64,000 bases of DNA from NCBI RefSeq assembly GCF_009914755.1, contig NC_060928.1, one strand, 5' to 3'. The translations under genes and the position numbers were made by a program. Below are positions 27,299 to 40,200 of this stretch, in pieces. Every line of letters begins with the position of its first letter. Positions within the stretch are counted from its first letter, which is position 1. Source of the DNA: the human T2T-CHM13v2.0 reference genome, Homo sapiens. The notes below the pieces were generated by a model. That model was given only the letters and a program-made list of their open reading frames with translations, ran no database searches and had not been told where the DNA came from.

Positions 27299-27969
27299 TC
27301 CTCTTTTAATTTTTACACAAATAGTAGCAAAAGACATATTCTCTATTTTTACTTTAACACAATACCTCTCTGAGATTGTCCTCATCATTTGTATTCTTCT
27401 TAAATCTGTGAAAATGAAAGTTGAATTGCCTAGTTTCAGCAAAATAATAGATTACAGTCTGATTACAAGAATCAGTAGAATGCATTGTTGGCCAGAAACT
27501 GGAAGCATGATGTATAGACTACTGTCAAATACTGGTGGTGAAAGGAAAAGGCAAAATGAAATATTTGCATAATGAGCTATTTTAGAAGATAGCAAACTAT
27601 AGTGGAACAAAATTACTTTGGTGGTACAAAAGTTTCTATTAAATTTCAAAATCCTATATTTATCAAGTCTAAAACTTTGGGAAAATTCTCTTCAGTTACT
27701 ACATTTGTATAATGAAGGAAAATAATAACTAATTCACAGGATCCTTGTAATGTTTAAATGAACCTTTAGTTCCTGGCCCATAATACTTATTTTTATGGCA
27801 TTTTATACTTATTTAGTAATTATCCATAATTTAATAACAAAAGCTTACAGCCTTCAATGTTACTAATGTCTCTTAATTACATATGCACTATAACTGTATT
27901 TAGATTTTATTGTTTTGCATACTTACTAATTTAATGTTTGAGTTCTATGAAGTACAATTACAGTGATCA

Positions 27970-28397
27970 GTAGTTTATTTAGGATAATTCTAGCTGCTGA
28001 AACAAGGAAACCCCAAAATAACAGTGGCATCACATAATAGTTTGTCACTTATTACATTGCCTAATGCAGGTGTTCTCGGTTAGTGGGTAGATCTCTCCCA
28101 TGCAGTGACTCTGAAACTTAGTTTTCTAACATCTTTTGACTCCCCAGTCCTCCAGGATTTTGAAGTCCTCTGCATCCGGGCAGTGGAACAGAAGTGTGGA
28201 GAAGATTCATCATCTGCTTCTTAAATGCCCTAGTCAGAAAGGGGTACTCATCATTTCTGTTCATATTTTATACGGCTACAAATAGATGTGAGAAGAGCAA
28301 GAAAACATAGTCCTGGCAAGGCAGTTGCCTTCTGATGGCAACTCTGCACTCTGGAGGTAGACAAATTTTGGTCAATAGCTGGCAGTTTTAGCCATAT
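27970..28397 (-). mobile_element. MLT1L/K-like LTR
   Basis: AGGATAATTCTAGCTGCTGAAACAA...CCCCAAAATAACAGTGGC...GGCAACTCTGCACTCTGGA...AAATTTTGGT. Confidence 0.65.
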
Positions 28398-29212
28398 TAG
28401 TCCAGTACTCACCTTCACAAATGAGGAAACTTAAGACTCGGCCATTGTTGATCTAACACATACTTACTGTTTTTTATTGTGTTTTCTTGATCTAATGGTA
28501 TTTTGAAACACAATGGGTAGGACTAAAATATGGACCATTTGAAAGGAGGAAATGTTAGATTATTATACTAGGCAAATAATGTTGCCAATATATTTGCACA
28601 ATTATGGGACATAGACTTTCATTTTCCTGTTTAAAATAAGTATGTAGTATTAAAGAATTAACATAAAATATGGCATTATTAAGAAGATCTATAATTTTGG
28701 TGCCTGGTCCTTATTTAGGAGTTTAGCACCCTGGTTACATATATCATGATAATGAAAAAGCATTATTCTGTTTTATGCTGCCTGCAGAAAAAAAAAGGAT
28801 GAAAAATAGATACTGTCTGTGCAGTATGAGCCACAGTATAAATGTGCAGAATATGATCTAAGTGGAGGATGATAAAAATTTTGAAAGCAGTATTTGCAAA
28901 ACTTGTTCCAAACTTCCTCATTAATCAGCACAAATATTTTTCTAAGTATACATTGGAAGGCCTTTGCACTTAACTCAATTATTGAAGTAGTAGGAAAATT
29001 ATGCTCTACTGTGTATAAAATATTTCTAAGCTATTCAAAGAAGACACTACAAAGATATTTAAAGAAGATACTATAATATAGAAAAACACTTCATGCAGAT
29101 GTATCAATTATTAGTATCTCATCACTGTATGGCGTTCTTAACTAAGTTGAAATTGTTTTCAAATACTGGTTGAATAAGTGAAGAAGGAAAATTGTATTGT
29201 GTTAACAGAAAT

Positions 29213-29310
29213 ATGTGTTCATTCACCCACCCACTGAACACCTATTTTGTGCCAGACGTTGTTCTGGACACTAGGGATCCAGCAGGGAATAAAACACATG
29301 AGTTTCCCAC
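29213..29310 (-). mobile_element. L2a 3' end
   Basis: TTCATTCACC...TGAACACCTATTTTGTGCCAGACGTTGTTCTGGACACTAGGGAT. Confidence 0.7.
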
Positions 29311-29642
29311 TTGCTTATTTTTCCCTTACTTTACAAACCTGGAACTCTTTAAACAACAAACTGAAAAACACCACACAAAATTAGGCAGCTATCTTTGAAG
29401 AGTGAATTTGCTTGGAATTGCCTGCTTTGAGCATCATAAGTTTGATGAGGTATGAAGCAAAAATACAGATGTACAACATTAATTAAAATAACCAGCAATT
29501 CCACCAGAGGATTCCAAAAGGGATTTAAAGACTCACCCTGCCAGAACAGAGACGGAGCCAGAAAAGGGTGATGAAGCAGATTTACAAGACCGGCTCTCAG
29601 AAAATTTGCTTGGACATGCAGAACCATGCTTTCAAGTACTAT

Positions 29643-30354
29643 TGTTACCAACGCGAATCTGCAGCGAAAGTGATCCTTGCCTCTCTGGAGGACAGAATTT
29701 GGCTGAGGGGCAGAAGTATGTTTAAGGCAGAGGGAGAGACTGAGGCAAGTTTTAGAGCAAAAGTGAGAGTTTATTAAAAAGTTTTAGAGCCTGAGTGAAA
29801 GGAAGCAAAGCACACTTGGAAGAGGGTCAAGTGGGTTCCTTGAGAGATCCAAGTGCCCCGTCCAACCTTTGGCTTGGGATTTTAATACATTGGCTTGGTT
29901 CCGGGATTTGAGTTTCTCCTCCCTTGATTTCTCCCTTGCGGCAGGCTGTCCACAGGCACAGTGGCCCGCCAGCACTTGGGAAGGGGTGCATACACAGTGT
30001 GTTTACTGAAGTTGTGTGCATGCTCACTTGAGGTGTTTTTCCCCTCATTAGACAAAAATTCCCAGAGGAAGGTTATATACCAGTTAAACTTTGCCATTTT
30101 GCCTCTTAGTGCATGCTTGAGCCCACTAGCCCAATCCCTGAGATCTTATCGGGAAGCTGCTGCTCCTCCACAGCTCCAGGAGTTTCCTATTTATTGGGAG
30201 ACTGTCGGTCCCTAGTACCAGCTGTGACCAATTATAATTTCAGAGACACAGTTTAACAACCACCTGACCATTACCTGATGGTCCCCTGAAGTTCTCTGGG
30301 GTTGGGAGAGGCTCTCCTGCCTGGCTCATGTCTGCCTAACTACCTACTCTAACA
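29643..30354 (-). mobile_element. MER50 (ERV1) solo LTR
   Basis: TGTTA...TAACA termini; the reverse strand begins TGTTAGAGTAGGTAGTTAGGCAGACATGAG; TSD CTAT/TTAT. Confidence 0.85.
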
Positions 30355-31224
30355 TTATGACTTGGAGAAATACTTATTGGGGACTTTTAAAAAACTGCAG
30401 AGTATCATAAGACTTTTGGCTATGAGGATTTACCAGTTGCAGAATAAAGAATTTTAAAATAATTTGTCTTTGAAGATATTACCTTCTGATATATTGCAAG
30501 TAAGGTATTGAGAAGTCAATAGGGTTTGGTGCCAGGTTTCTGATGGAGAATTTGAAGATACGTGTTTACATTTCTATAAAGTAAATTTGACTGTCTGAGT
30601 CACATATATCTTGGTCATAATTCACAATTATTAGGAAATTTGAAAATAATTTTTTTAACAAAAGCAAATTTGAGAAAGTCTATTTTTAAAGTTGCTAAAA
30701 TAAGGGGCTCAGTATATTTTTAGTAATTGGAAGACTGGTTGATTGAGAAATACAAATTTTTCAGTAAAAATGTATTTTCTTTCCAAATAAAATAAAAATT
30801 TATGAAATATAATTTCTAAAAATTTGACAATTAAGTATAAATATTCTAACTGGGTATTGGCTTATAATTAATAAATGTAATTTAAATATGTTTTATGAGT
30901 TAAAAGCTTATAAATCTTTTTATTCATATATTATGCTTTGCTTATACATTGTATTGCTTACTGGTAAACTATAAGTTTATGTGCCTATGTGGACAATAAA
31001 CACAAATTAGGTTATATAATGATATTTTATACATATATAGAAAAATACCCATTTGTTTGATTTCTTGGTCCATTTTAAAAAGAACTTCAAAATTTACATT
31101 TTGGTTTCTATTTTCCCCATCAACATCAGCATTCTGCATTACTTGAAAACATTACTATTAAACAAAAAAGAAAATATTATGAAAGGAATACCTGTGGCAA
31201 TTTAGTTGGTAGTTTATTCTCTTT

Positions 31225-31350
31225 CTATTTAAACTGTGGCCCACAAATTGGCAGCATCAGTATCACCTGGGAGCATATTAAATCAGCAGCTGCATTTAAC
31301 AAGATCCCCAGGTGATTGTATGACCATTAACATTTGAGAGGCCCCTGTCT
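31225..31350. mobile_element. MER5A (hAT-Charlie) fragment
   Basis: GCAGCATCAGTATCACCTGGGAGC...TGCATTTAACAAGATCCCCAGGTGATT...TTTGAGA. Confidence 0.8.
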
Positions 31351-32619
31351 GGTGTATGCAACAACTTTTTTTCTGCTTTTTCTTTGCTAGCAAACCCGTA
31401 CTTTGTACTTTGTTCACATTTTGGGTGGTCATGTTAATTATGATCCCTTCCCAGCCCCAGGGGACAAAGGTTGATAAGACTAACCCAAGCATGATAATTT
31501 AATTTCCCTTTCCTGTGACTGTTTAAGCAGGGGCATGTGTCGCAACCCTAAATAAAACACCATAGGGAATATTTTGAAGACAGAATAACGTGTTGTTACT
31601 CTGAAAAAGGTACACCAAACAAACAAGAGCATGGATCCTCTTTTGCTCTGGATATTTTTCTTTTGCAAGTAGTATCTAACATGGCACAGCCTTCTTCGAA
31701 CTATGAAGAGAAGGCAAGGGGAAAGCAGAGAAGCTGATCTAGGGTCTTTAAGGCCAAGCTAGAGTTCTTTCATTTGTTCCACGAGTCCCTCTGCTGCAAG
31801 CGTTCTTGTTAATGATATAAAGAACCCTTTCTTGTTGACCTCTTTCAGTTGCCTGTCTGTTACTTATCCCAACACAGATATCAATTTATAATTATCACTG
31901 GTATCAAATAGCTAGATTAGCCACTTTATTTGCCTTTAAATCACCACCTTCTTAATCCACAGATGGGATAATTTGTGTAGATTTGTGTTAGTGAGCTACA
32001 GATGGATGAGATATTCCCAAAAGAATGGCAGCCTGTACAGCAAATTTAATTGTTGGACTATGATTGAAATAAACGTATACTCAAATTTCCCTATGTGGAT
32101 TTTCATGCTATTTAAAGATTAAATGTATTGGTTTTCTATATTCTATTATGTGAGTTTGGAAGAAACAATAAAACAGTAACCAAATTTGGATATTAGTTTT
32201 GACTGAATACATGTTTACAGGTTTTAGTGACTTCCTTAAATAGCTTATAACAATAATTGTGGCATTTGGCTTCTTATAAAAATCATTCTGGGGAGCTCAA
32301 TTTAAGAGCAAAATTGATGCTTACATTCTACTTATATTGTGCATTGCTAAATAAGCTTTTTCATTAGATATGTGTTTTCATTGATATATATTTTAATTAC
32401 ATATAAGTTTTCATTAGATGTATGATCATTAGATATACAGAATTTAAATTTTACTGGACAGTATTGATCTAATATATTGTACAAGGCATTTAAGATATAT
32501 ACTTTATTTGGAAAATATTCATGAATTTTTAGCTCACTAAGGTCATTGCATTTTCACATTAGAGTTTATATGTGCATCTTAATTGTTTGGTTAAAATAAT
32601 TATTATTTATAAAAGTATG

Positions 32620-32922
32620 GTCCGGGCACGGTGGCTCACGCCTGTAATGCCACCACTTTGGGAGGCTGAGGTTGGCGGATCACCTGAGGTCGATAGTTTG
32701 AGACCAGCCTGACCAACACAGAGAAACCCTGTCTCTACTAAAAATACAAAAATTATCCGGGCACGGTGGTACATGCCTGTAATCCCAGCTACTCAGGAGG
32801 CTGAGGCAGGAAAATCATTTGAACCCAGGAGGCGGAGGTTGCGGTGAGCCAAGATGGCACCATTGCCCTCTAGCCTGGGCAACAAGAGTGAAACTCCATC
32901 TCAAATATAAAAAAAAAAAAAA
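32620..32922 (+). mobile_element. AluSp
   Basis: GAGGTCG, CTGACCAACACAGAGAAACC and GGCAACAAGAGTGAAACTCC; TSD AAAAGTATG. Confidence 0.95.
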
Positions 32923-33096
32923 GTATGACAGATGGTGGTTTTCCAGAGTTTGCCACAGGATTCTTTCTGGCCCCAGTGTGTTAGATGTGTTTTCAGTAAT
33001 ATATTTATTATGAATTGATGTTATAATAGCCATATATGTATGTATATATTAAACACATATTTCTCCTAAAATTATTTTAGCTTACAGTCTTATCTA

Positions 33097-33267
33097 TAGT
33101 CATGATTCTCTACCCAGGTTACATATTCAAATTACTTAGGTTATTTTACAAAGTACTAATGTTCTTCCCAAGCCAATTAAATTAGAATCTCTGGGGAATG
33201 GACCTGGACACTGATATTTTTCAAAAGTTTCTGTTCCATTTAAATGGGCAACCATTTTAGAAGCATC
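33097..33267. mobile_element. MER5A/B
   Basis: CCAATTAAATTAGAATCTCTGGGG...GGACCTGGACACTGATATTTTT. Confidence 0.65.
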
Positions 33268-33801
33268 CTAAACCATCTTTTAGGATAACAGATCTAAAGG
33301 ATGCAATAAAATAGGTCTGACTGACTTAGTTCATTATTAGCCAGTTATTTGCTTCTCCCTGCACCCAGCATATCAGTGGCTTGATTTTTTATAGACACAA
33401 TCTGAGACTGTTTTTATTCATAAAATATATTTTTGTAATGCATTTTAAAGATTATATAAAGCAGCATTAAGATCATTAACATTAGAGATTAAAACAAGTT
33501 ATTGACCTCTCAATTATTAGTGTCCTATTACCATAAAATGCATGTTTTTAAAATAAAAGTTATTAAATTTTGATTTAAAACTAGTGATTTCAAATTAAAT
33601 TAGAAATTGACTCCACATTATGTTTACTGTATTATTGGGAACAAATTCAATTTAGTAAAAAATGCAGTTACAGTATATTGATAATTTTTATAAACATCTC
33701 AAATTTTATTTGGGAGTCTACGCTACTTGAATTGCCTCTATAACTGACCATCATATTAATGCTAACATCTCACATAAGAAATAAAATTAGATAAATACCA
33801 T

Positions 33802-34165
33802 TGTATTTGTCCATTCTCATACTGCTATAAGGACATACCTGAGACTGGGTAATTTGTAAAGGAAAGAGGTTTAATTGAGTCACAGTTCTGCATGGCTAGG
33901 GAGGCCTCAGGAAACTTATAATCATGGTGGAAGGGAAAGCAAACACATCCTTCTTCACATGGTGGCAGGAGAGAGAAGTGCAGAGTAAAGTGGAGAAATA
34001 CCCCTTATCAAACCATCAGCTCTCATGAGAACTCACCCACCATCACAACAGCATGGGGGGACTGTCCCCATGATCTAATCACCTCCCATGGTGTCTCTCC
34101 CATAAAACATGGGAATTAGAATTCAAGATGAGATTCGGGTGAGGACACAGATCCAGATCATATCA
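33802..34165 (-). mobile_element. THE1C/D solo LTR
   Basis: TGTATTTGTCCATTCTCATACTGCTAT...CAGATCATATCA; TSD ACCAT/AGCAT. Confidence 0.93.
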
Positions 34166-34174
34166 AGCATATAA

Positions 34175-34350
34175 TTCTGTGGGCATTTAAATTTAAATTA
34201 ACTAAAATAAAGTTTAAAACATAGTTCCTTAGTTGCATTAGCCACATTCAAGAGTTCAATAGCCACAGATGGCTAGCAGCTACCTTTGGACATAACAGAT
34301 ATAAAATATTTTCATTGTCTCAGAAATTCAACTGAACTGTATTGATCTAA
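34175..34350 (-). mobile_element. MER3 (hAT-Charlie)
   Basis: ATTTAAATTTAAATTAA...AGTTCCTTAGTTGCATTAGCCACATTCAAG...ATAGCCACAGATGGCTAG. Confidence 0.8.
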
Positions 34351-34490
34351 CATATTGTATAAGGCCTTTAAGGCAGTACTCTTATTGGAGAAAGCTTAGT
34401 AAATGTTTAGCACACTGGGCTATCACATTTTTACTTCAGCATTTACATACAAATGATTTCTTTGTTTTAAATAATTACTATTTATAAAAG

Positions 34491-34900
34491 TGTGGCAGAT
34501 GGTAATTTCCAAAATTTGCCACAGGATTATTTCTGGCCACAAATGCTGTTTTAGAACTTTGCCACTTCTCTTCATGAGATACAGTTTATTGTCTCTTCCT
34601 TGGAACCTCAGTGTGCTTGTGACTATTCAAATCAATAGACTACAAAAGAAGTGATGCTCTGTGATTCAGGAGGCCAGGTCATGAGGAGGACATGCCTTCG
34701 GTTTGACCCTCTCCTTTTTGGTATGTTTGCCCTGGAAACCAGCCACTTACTGTAAGAAGCCCAGAATACATGCAGTGGCCACATGTAGGTTTCAGTCAAC
34801 AGTCAGCCAGAAAAGTGAGTGAGACGTCAGCTGATTCCAGTCCTTAGCATTCATGTCCTCTGGTGGATAGATGTTTTATTCCACTACATTTTGTGATTCC
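34491..34900 (+). mobile_element. MLT1H/G-like LTR
   Basis: Starts TGTGGCAGATGGTAATTTCCAAAA; GAAGTGATGCTCTGTGA...GGCCACATGTAGGT. Confidence 0.75.
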
Positions 34901-34989
34901 ATAAATGAATTAAATGTACTTAAACCTTAAAATGAAACTGTATTCTATGCTTGTGTTTATCTAACATTTGGATAATAGTAATTTGGCTG

Positions 34990-35290
34990 GTCAATAAAGA
35001 GAAGCTGGGCTTAAAGTCAGACAAAATCAGATTTGAATTCTGGATTCTGTGATTCCTGGCCAAATAAAAAAAAGATAAATATTTCTCTTTCAAAGTTGTG
35101 ATGAGATTACTGTTAAATATAAAACATCTAACCTAGTACCTGGCACATAGTCAATAATTAATAACTGGTGTGTTTGTCACTATAATGTTTTGGATGACCA
35201 GAAACATTATAGGAATAGTAGTAATTATGAACATTTACTTGAGTACTTATGTATCGTGTACTAAGTTTGATGTGTTGTCTCAAGTAGTAA
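34990..35290. mobile_element. Two MIR fragments, tail to tail
   Basis: AAGTCAGACAAAATCAGATTTGAATTCTGG...CCTGGCACATAGT (+), then AACATTTACTTGAGTACTTA (-). Confidence 0.55.
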
Positions 35291-35353
35291 TGAATTTATT
35301 TAATTCATTAAATCATTTTATACACACATAAATCATGTTGCATAAACTCATCC

Positions 35354-37142
35354 TTTTTTATTACCAAAAACTGTACATATTTAATATATGTAATTTTTTG
35401 GTTGGAACAAATACATCTTTGAAACCCTCACCACCATCCTGTCCTTCACCTCTTAAAATTTCCTCCTATCTCTCTCCCTCCTTTTTGTGGTAAGAACACT
35501 TGACTTAAGATTTATCCTCTTAACACATTATTTCAAGTATGGAATACAAGATTGATAACTATAAGAACTATGTTTCGCAGGAGGTCTCTAGAACTTATTC
35601 ATCTTGCATAACTGAAACTTTATACCCACTGAACAAACTACTATTGTCTCTGCTTCTCTGAGTTTAACTATTTCATACCTGTTATATAAGTGAGATCAGG
35701 CAGTATTTGTCCTTGCGTGCCTGGATAATTTGACTAATGCCCTCCAGGTTCATCCATATTATTGCATATGGCAGAATTCCCTTTTTTTAAGGCGGAATAA
35801 TATCCCATTTTATTTATATATCACATTTTTAATCCATTCACCTGTTAATAGATATTAAGGTTGTTTTTATATCTTAGCTATTGTGCATAATACCACAGCG
35901 GACATGGGAGTGCAGATATCTCTTTAAAAACCCGATTTCAATTCTTTTGGCTATATACCCAGTGGTGGGGATTGCTGGGTCATGTGGTGTTATATTTTTA
36001 ATTTTCTGAGGAACCTCCATACTTTTTGTCCATAGGGGATGCACCATTTTATATTCCCATCAACAGTATAAAAGTATTCCAATTTCTCTACATTTATCAA
36101 CACTTTTTATATTTTGCCATTTTTATAATAGTAATCCTAAGAGGTGCGAGGTAATATTACACTACAGTTTTGATTTGCATTTCCCTGATTAGTGATGTTA
36201 CACATCTTTTATTATACCTGTTGGTCATTTGTATGTATTCTTTATAGAAATATCTATTCACATACTTTGCTCATTTTTTAAAAAGCTTATTTGTTTTTAC
36301 TTACTATTGGGTTGTAGGAGTTCTTTTATATTTTGGATATTAACTCATTATCAGGTACTATTTACAAATATTTTCTCCCACTCAATAGGTTCCCTTTTCA
36401 CTCTGTTGATTGTTTTCTTTGCTATGCAGAAGCTTTTTATTTTGGTGTAGTCTCATTTGTCTAATTTTGGTTTTATTGCCCATGCTTTTGGTGTCATATC
36501 AAAAAAAATCATGTTCTAAACCAATATCACAATTTTTTTCTATTTCTCTCCAAAACCTTTATAGTTTCATGTCTTATATTTAAGTCTTTAATCTATTTTG
36601 AGCTTATTTTTTGTGTATGGCAAAACACAAAGCACCAATATAGTTATTTTGCATGTGGATATTTAAATTTCTCAATGTCACTTGTTGAAGAGACTATGCT
36701 TTTCTCATTGTTTATTCCTGGAACTCACTGAAGATCAATCGACACTATAAGTGTAAGTTTGTTTTTGGGCTTTTTATTGTTTCCCTTGGTCTATGTGTCT
36801 GGTGTTCTTTATTTTGCCAGTAATATACTGTTTTAACTACTATAGTTTTATAATATGTTTTGAAATCAGAGTGAGGCCTCCAGCTTTGTACTTTTTTCTC
36901 AATATTGCTTTGTTTATCTAGGGTCTTTTGTGATTCCATGTGAATTTCAGGATTGCTTATTTCTATTTCTGTAAAAATGTCACTGAGATTTTGATGTGAA
37001 TAGCACTGAATCTATAAATGACTTTGATTAGTAAGGACATTTTAACATTAAGTCTTCCAAGCCATGAACACTGGATGACTTTCCATTTATTTGTATCTTC
37101 TTTAATATCTTTCATCAATTTCTTTTAGGTTTCAGTGTGCAA
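35354..37142 (-). mobile_element. L1MA10/L1MB1-like 3' fragment
   Basis: TTGTGGTAAGAACACTT...TCTCTAGAACTTATTCATCTTGCATAACTGAAACTTTATACC. ORF 36745-36939(-) DFKTYYKTIVVKTVYYW is ORF2p. Confidence 0.9.
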
Positions 37143-38369
37143 AAGACTCATACAATCAATCAATTTAATATAGAGACATGTCTTTCTTCCAAATAATGTG
37201 TCAGCTATTGTTAATAAAAATAAAAATTGTGAGAATACTCTTTAAATATAAGTGAAAGATCAATATATAGAATACTAATAGGAAATCTCTAATTGCTGTG
37301 TTTATCTTTTTAAACAGGCGAGGAATTCTAGTTTAAAGAGTAATTTTTAGTTTCTTTTGTAACATTCAAGGGTAATTATTACTAAATAATAGAATTTACA
37401 TAATTTCAATGTGGTATAGCCAGTGCCTGCCTTATACACAAAAAACAAGAACAAAAAGCATCACATAACCTGTAAATATTTAGGTTTAAAATATTAAACC
37501 CAAACAAAAAAAGTTGCTTGAGTTTCCATGTGCTATTTATATTAATATGGACTTTATTGATAAAGACCAAAATATTACACTAATGATTCATTATTCCCTG
37601 GTTTCATGTGTAAAAGCACAGGCTATGAAAACTAATTGTATGTGCACACATGCATTTTCTAGAAAAAAAAATGTAACCATCTGGAGTAACTTTAGCAGCA
37701 GAAGCCAATATTCGTGCTGTTATTTTCATTATAGGCCTTTCAATGAAACTCTCTCCATAAAAGCAGGCAGTCAAGAAAAGAAACTAGTGGCCATTCAAGG
37801 ACATGGCTCAAAGACTATTCTATTGGTGTGTGTGTGTAGCTTTTCTTAAAGCTGTGATAATTTTTTCAAAACGTGGTTTGTCCAAGAGCAACATCTATTC
37901 AGACCATAAAATGGAGAGAAAAAAACTCCATGGTTCATTTAAACCACCTTCTTACTGTCAGAGAATTTTTAGCTGAAGAAAGGCATTGCCTTTATTGCCA
38001 GCTTATGTTGAATGAATAATTCAGAATGAAAGCAGTTGCAGCATAATGATAAAATTATATAAATCAAAGAGTAGCTGCTCAAGCCAAATATCTGCAGGAA
38101 AAAAAATAACAGTCCCTGCTCTTCTGTTTACTTAGATGGTTATTTTGTTTGTGCAGATGTTCCAAAAACTATCATTACATGAATTTCTTTGTGATATTTA
38201 TAACCTACTTGAAATACTTGCTCTGAGAAATTTTACTTCTCTATTCAACATATCCTTAAGCCTGATTCCTTTCTTGTTGTCCAGAAGAATCTATACATTA
38301 AATGACAGGCAAAGTTCAAGGCAATTGCCCACTTGAGACCAGAGTGGAGAGTGAGAAGAAAGAAGGAAA

Positions 38370-38600
38370 TTGCTAATTACCAGATGCCTATTTTGTCCTA
38401 GGCACTGTACCAGGTGTTTTACCATTTTATTTTCTTTTACTTCTCATGATAGCTTTCTGAATTATAATAATTATTCTTGCTTTCAGACAAAATTACCATA
38501 ATATCATGATTTATTGTTTAATGTTACACAACACAACTATATAGTATTGGAATTACATTTGAGTGGCCTGTTTCACCCAAACCTCCGGTTCTTTTGAATA
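38370..38600 (-). mobile_element. MIR
   Basis: GATGCCTATTTTGTCCTAGGCACTGTACCAGGTGTTTTAC. Confidence 0.55.
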
Positions 38601-40093
38601 TATAAGAAAGCAATCCAAGCATTTGAAGTCATCATTAAAGCAAAAATGGCTTTAAAATAAAATGTTTTATAAAACCAGAAATTTAAAAGTTCTCAGTCCC
38701 AGATAAAAACAGGATGGCCAGTACCTGGATGATGTAAGTAAACGTTATTCCAAAAGTCTTAATTTTGGGAGGTACCTTTCAACAACATGATGTTTTCCCT
38801 TGCTAAGGGAGAGTCATATTTTAATACAAGGATTTCTAGAGCTATTTGCAAGGAAATCTTAGCCTGGAGCTCACTGCTTGGAAATGGCCTCTCCTCTGAT
38901 TAGATTCATGCTAAAATTCAACACATGTTAAATCGACTTAAGAATTAAAAGTCATATCTGCACGATTGCCTGAATAGCTTATTGATTCAAAATTTTTTTT
39001 TAATAGTGAGTTCAGCAAAATGAGAAGGACGACAAAAACCAGTCATTTCAGCCAAAATGGTTTATTTCCTGGCTGCATGCAGTCACAAATAGATGAGAAG
39101 GCTATCTCCATCAACATAAGGCTGGCACGTTGTCACCGGCTATGTGCATTACCTATTTCCTTGCTGAGGAAGAAATCAATGCTGCCACTTTTGGCCCAGC
39201 ATTGCTTGAAATATTCATAGAAATGTATTCTAGAGGAAGCCTAATTTGATGTATACATTTTTATATTCTAATTCCTTATATAAAAATTCTTACAGTATTT
39301 CTAGATAAAATAATACTTAGTAATAAAAATATAAGTTTATTATATTAAAACTATTGGTTTTAAAAGTATGCCAATTCCTATCCTGTGGTTTTCTTTTTAT
39401 TATTCTGTAATAAGGCAAATTACTACATAAAATTATCAAAACATTCAAGTATGGGGGAGCATTAGATTTTAATAGGGTCAATAGTCTACATTAATGTATT
39501 AAACAATAAATTCTCTTGGAAGTATTTCTTTTATATATTCATTCAACTTTGGCTATTCTAAGTAAGGTGTATTTCTACCTTCATAGCAAACAGACCCTGT
39601 GACTGACCATTAAAATCTTTCAATTCTTCTCCTAATACTTTAATTTTTTGGACCTACAGTTATTATTTAAAAGTTCTATAACCTCATTTACATGCAAATA
39701 TACACTTGGTTTGCTACGAGTTAAAATAAAAATACTTATTGGGGCTGGGAAATTATTTTTTCATAATAAACAAAATACTGACATGAGACATTTTTATTGA
39801 TCCTGTATGTAGACTGTTGTTATACAGAGTAATATTTTAACATATAAAGAATAGTTATTCAGTACATTAGGCATCTGGGTTTCAAAGAGAAAGCTAGAAA
39901 ATAAGGGAATATTAAATTGTTATTTCCTATGTGATCTGGGTGTAGCTAAAATAGAACCAGTCATAATCATTACTACTCCTTCAAAAAACCTCAACCAGTT
40001 ATTGACTAGATAACTAATATTAAGTAGAAGATGGAAATAGTTTTCTGGAAAATAATACTTTTTTTGAAGAAATTTAGGGTATTAGTTTTCAGA

Positions 40094-40200
40094 GAGTGAA
40101 CAATAAATAAAATGAACAATAAAATAACCTATTAGTGCAATTTAAATTTTAAAATGAGTGAACAATAAATAACCTACTAGTCTAATTTAAATTTTCAAAT
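40094..40200. repeat. ~45-bp tandem duplication plus a partial third copy
   Basis: TGAACAATAAAATAACCTATTAGTGCAATTTAAATTTTAAAAT / TGAACAATAAATAACCTACTAGTCTAATTTAAATTTTCAAAT. Confidence 0.85.

Noticed and set aside
29568-30460. A ~57-codon frame restored when the MER50 LTR is removed (MMKQIYKTGSQKICLDMQNHAFKYY/DLEKYLLGTFKKLQSIIRLLAMRIYQLQNKEF)
   Set aside because: I recognise no homology, there is no poly-A or TSD of a processed pseudogene, and the length is within chance. A tBLASTn/BLASTX hit would be needed to revive it.
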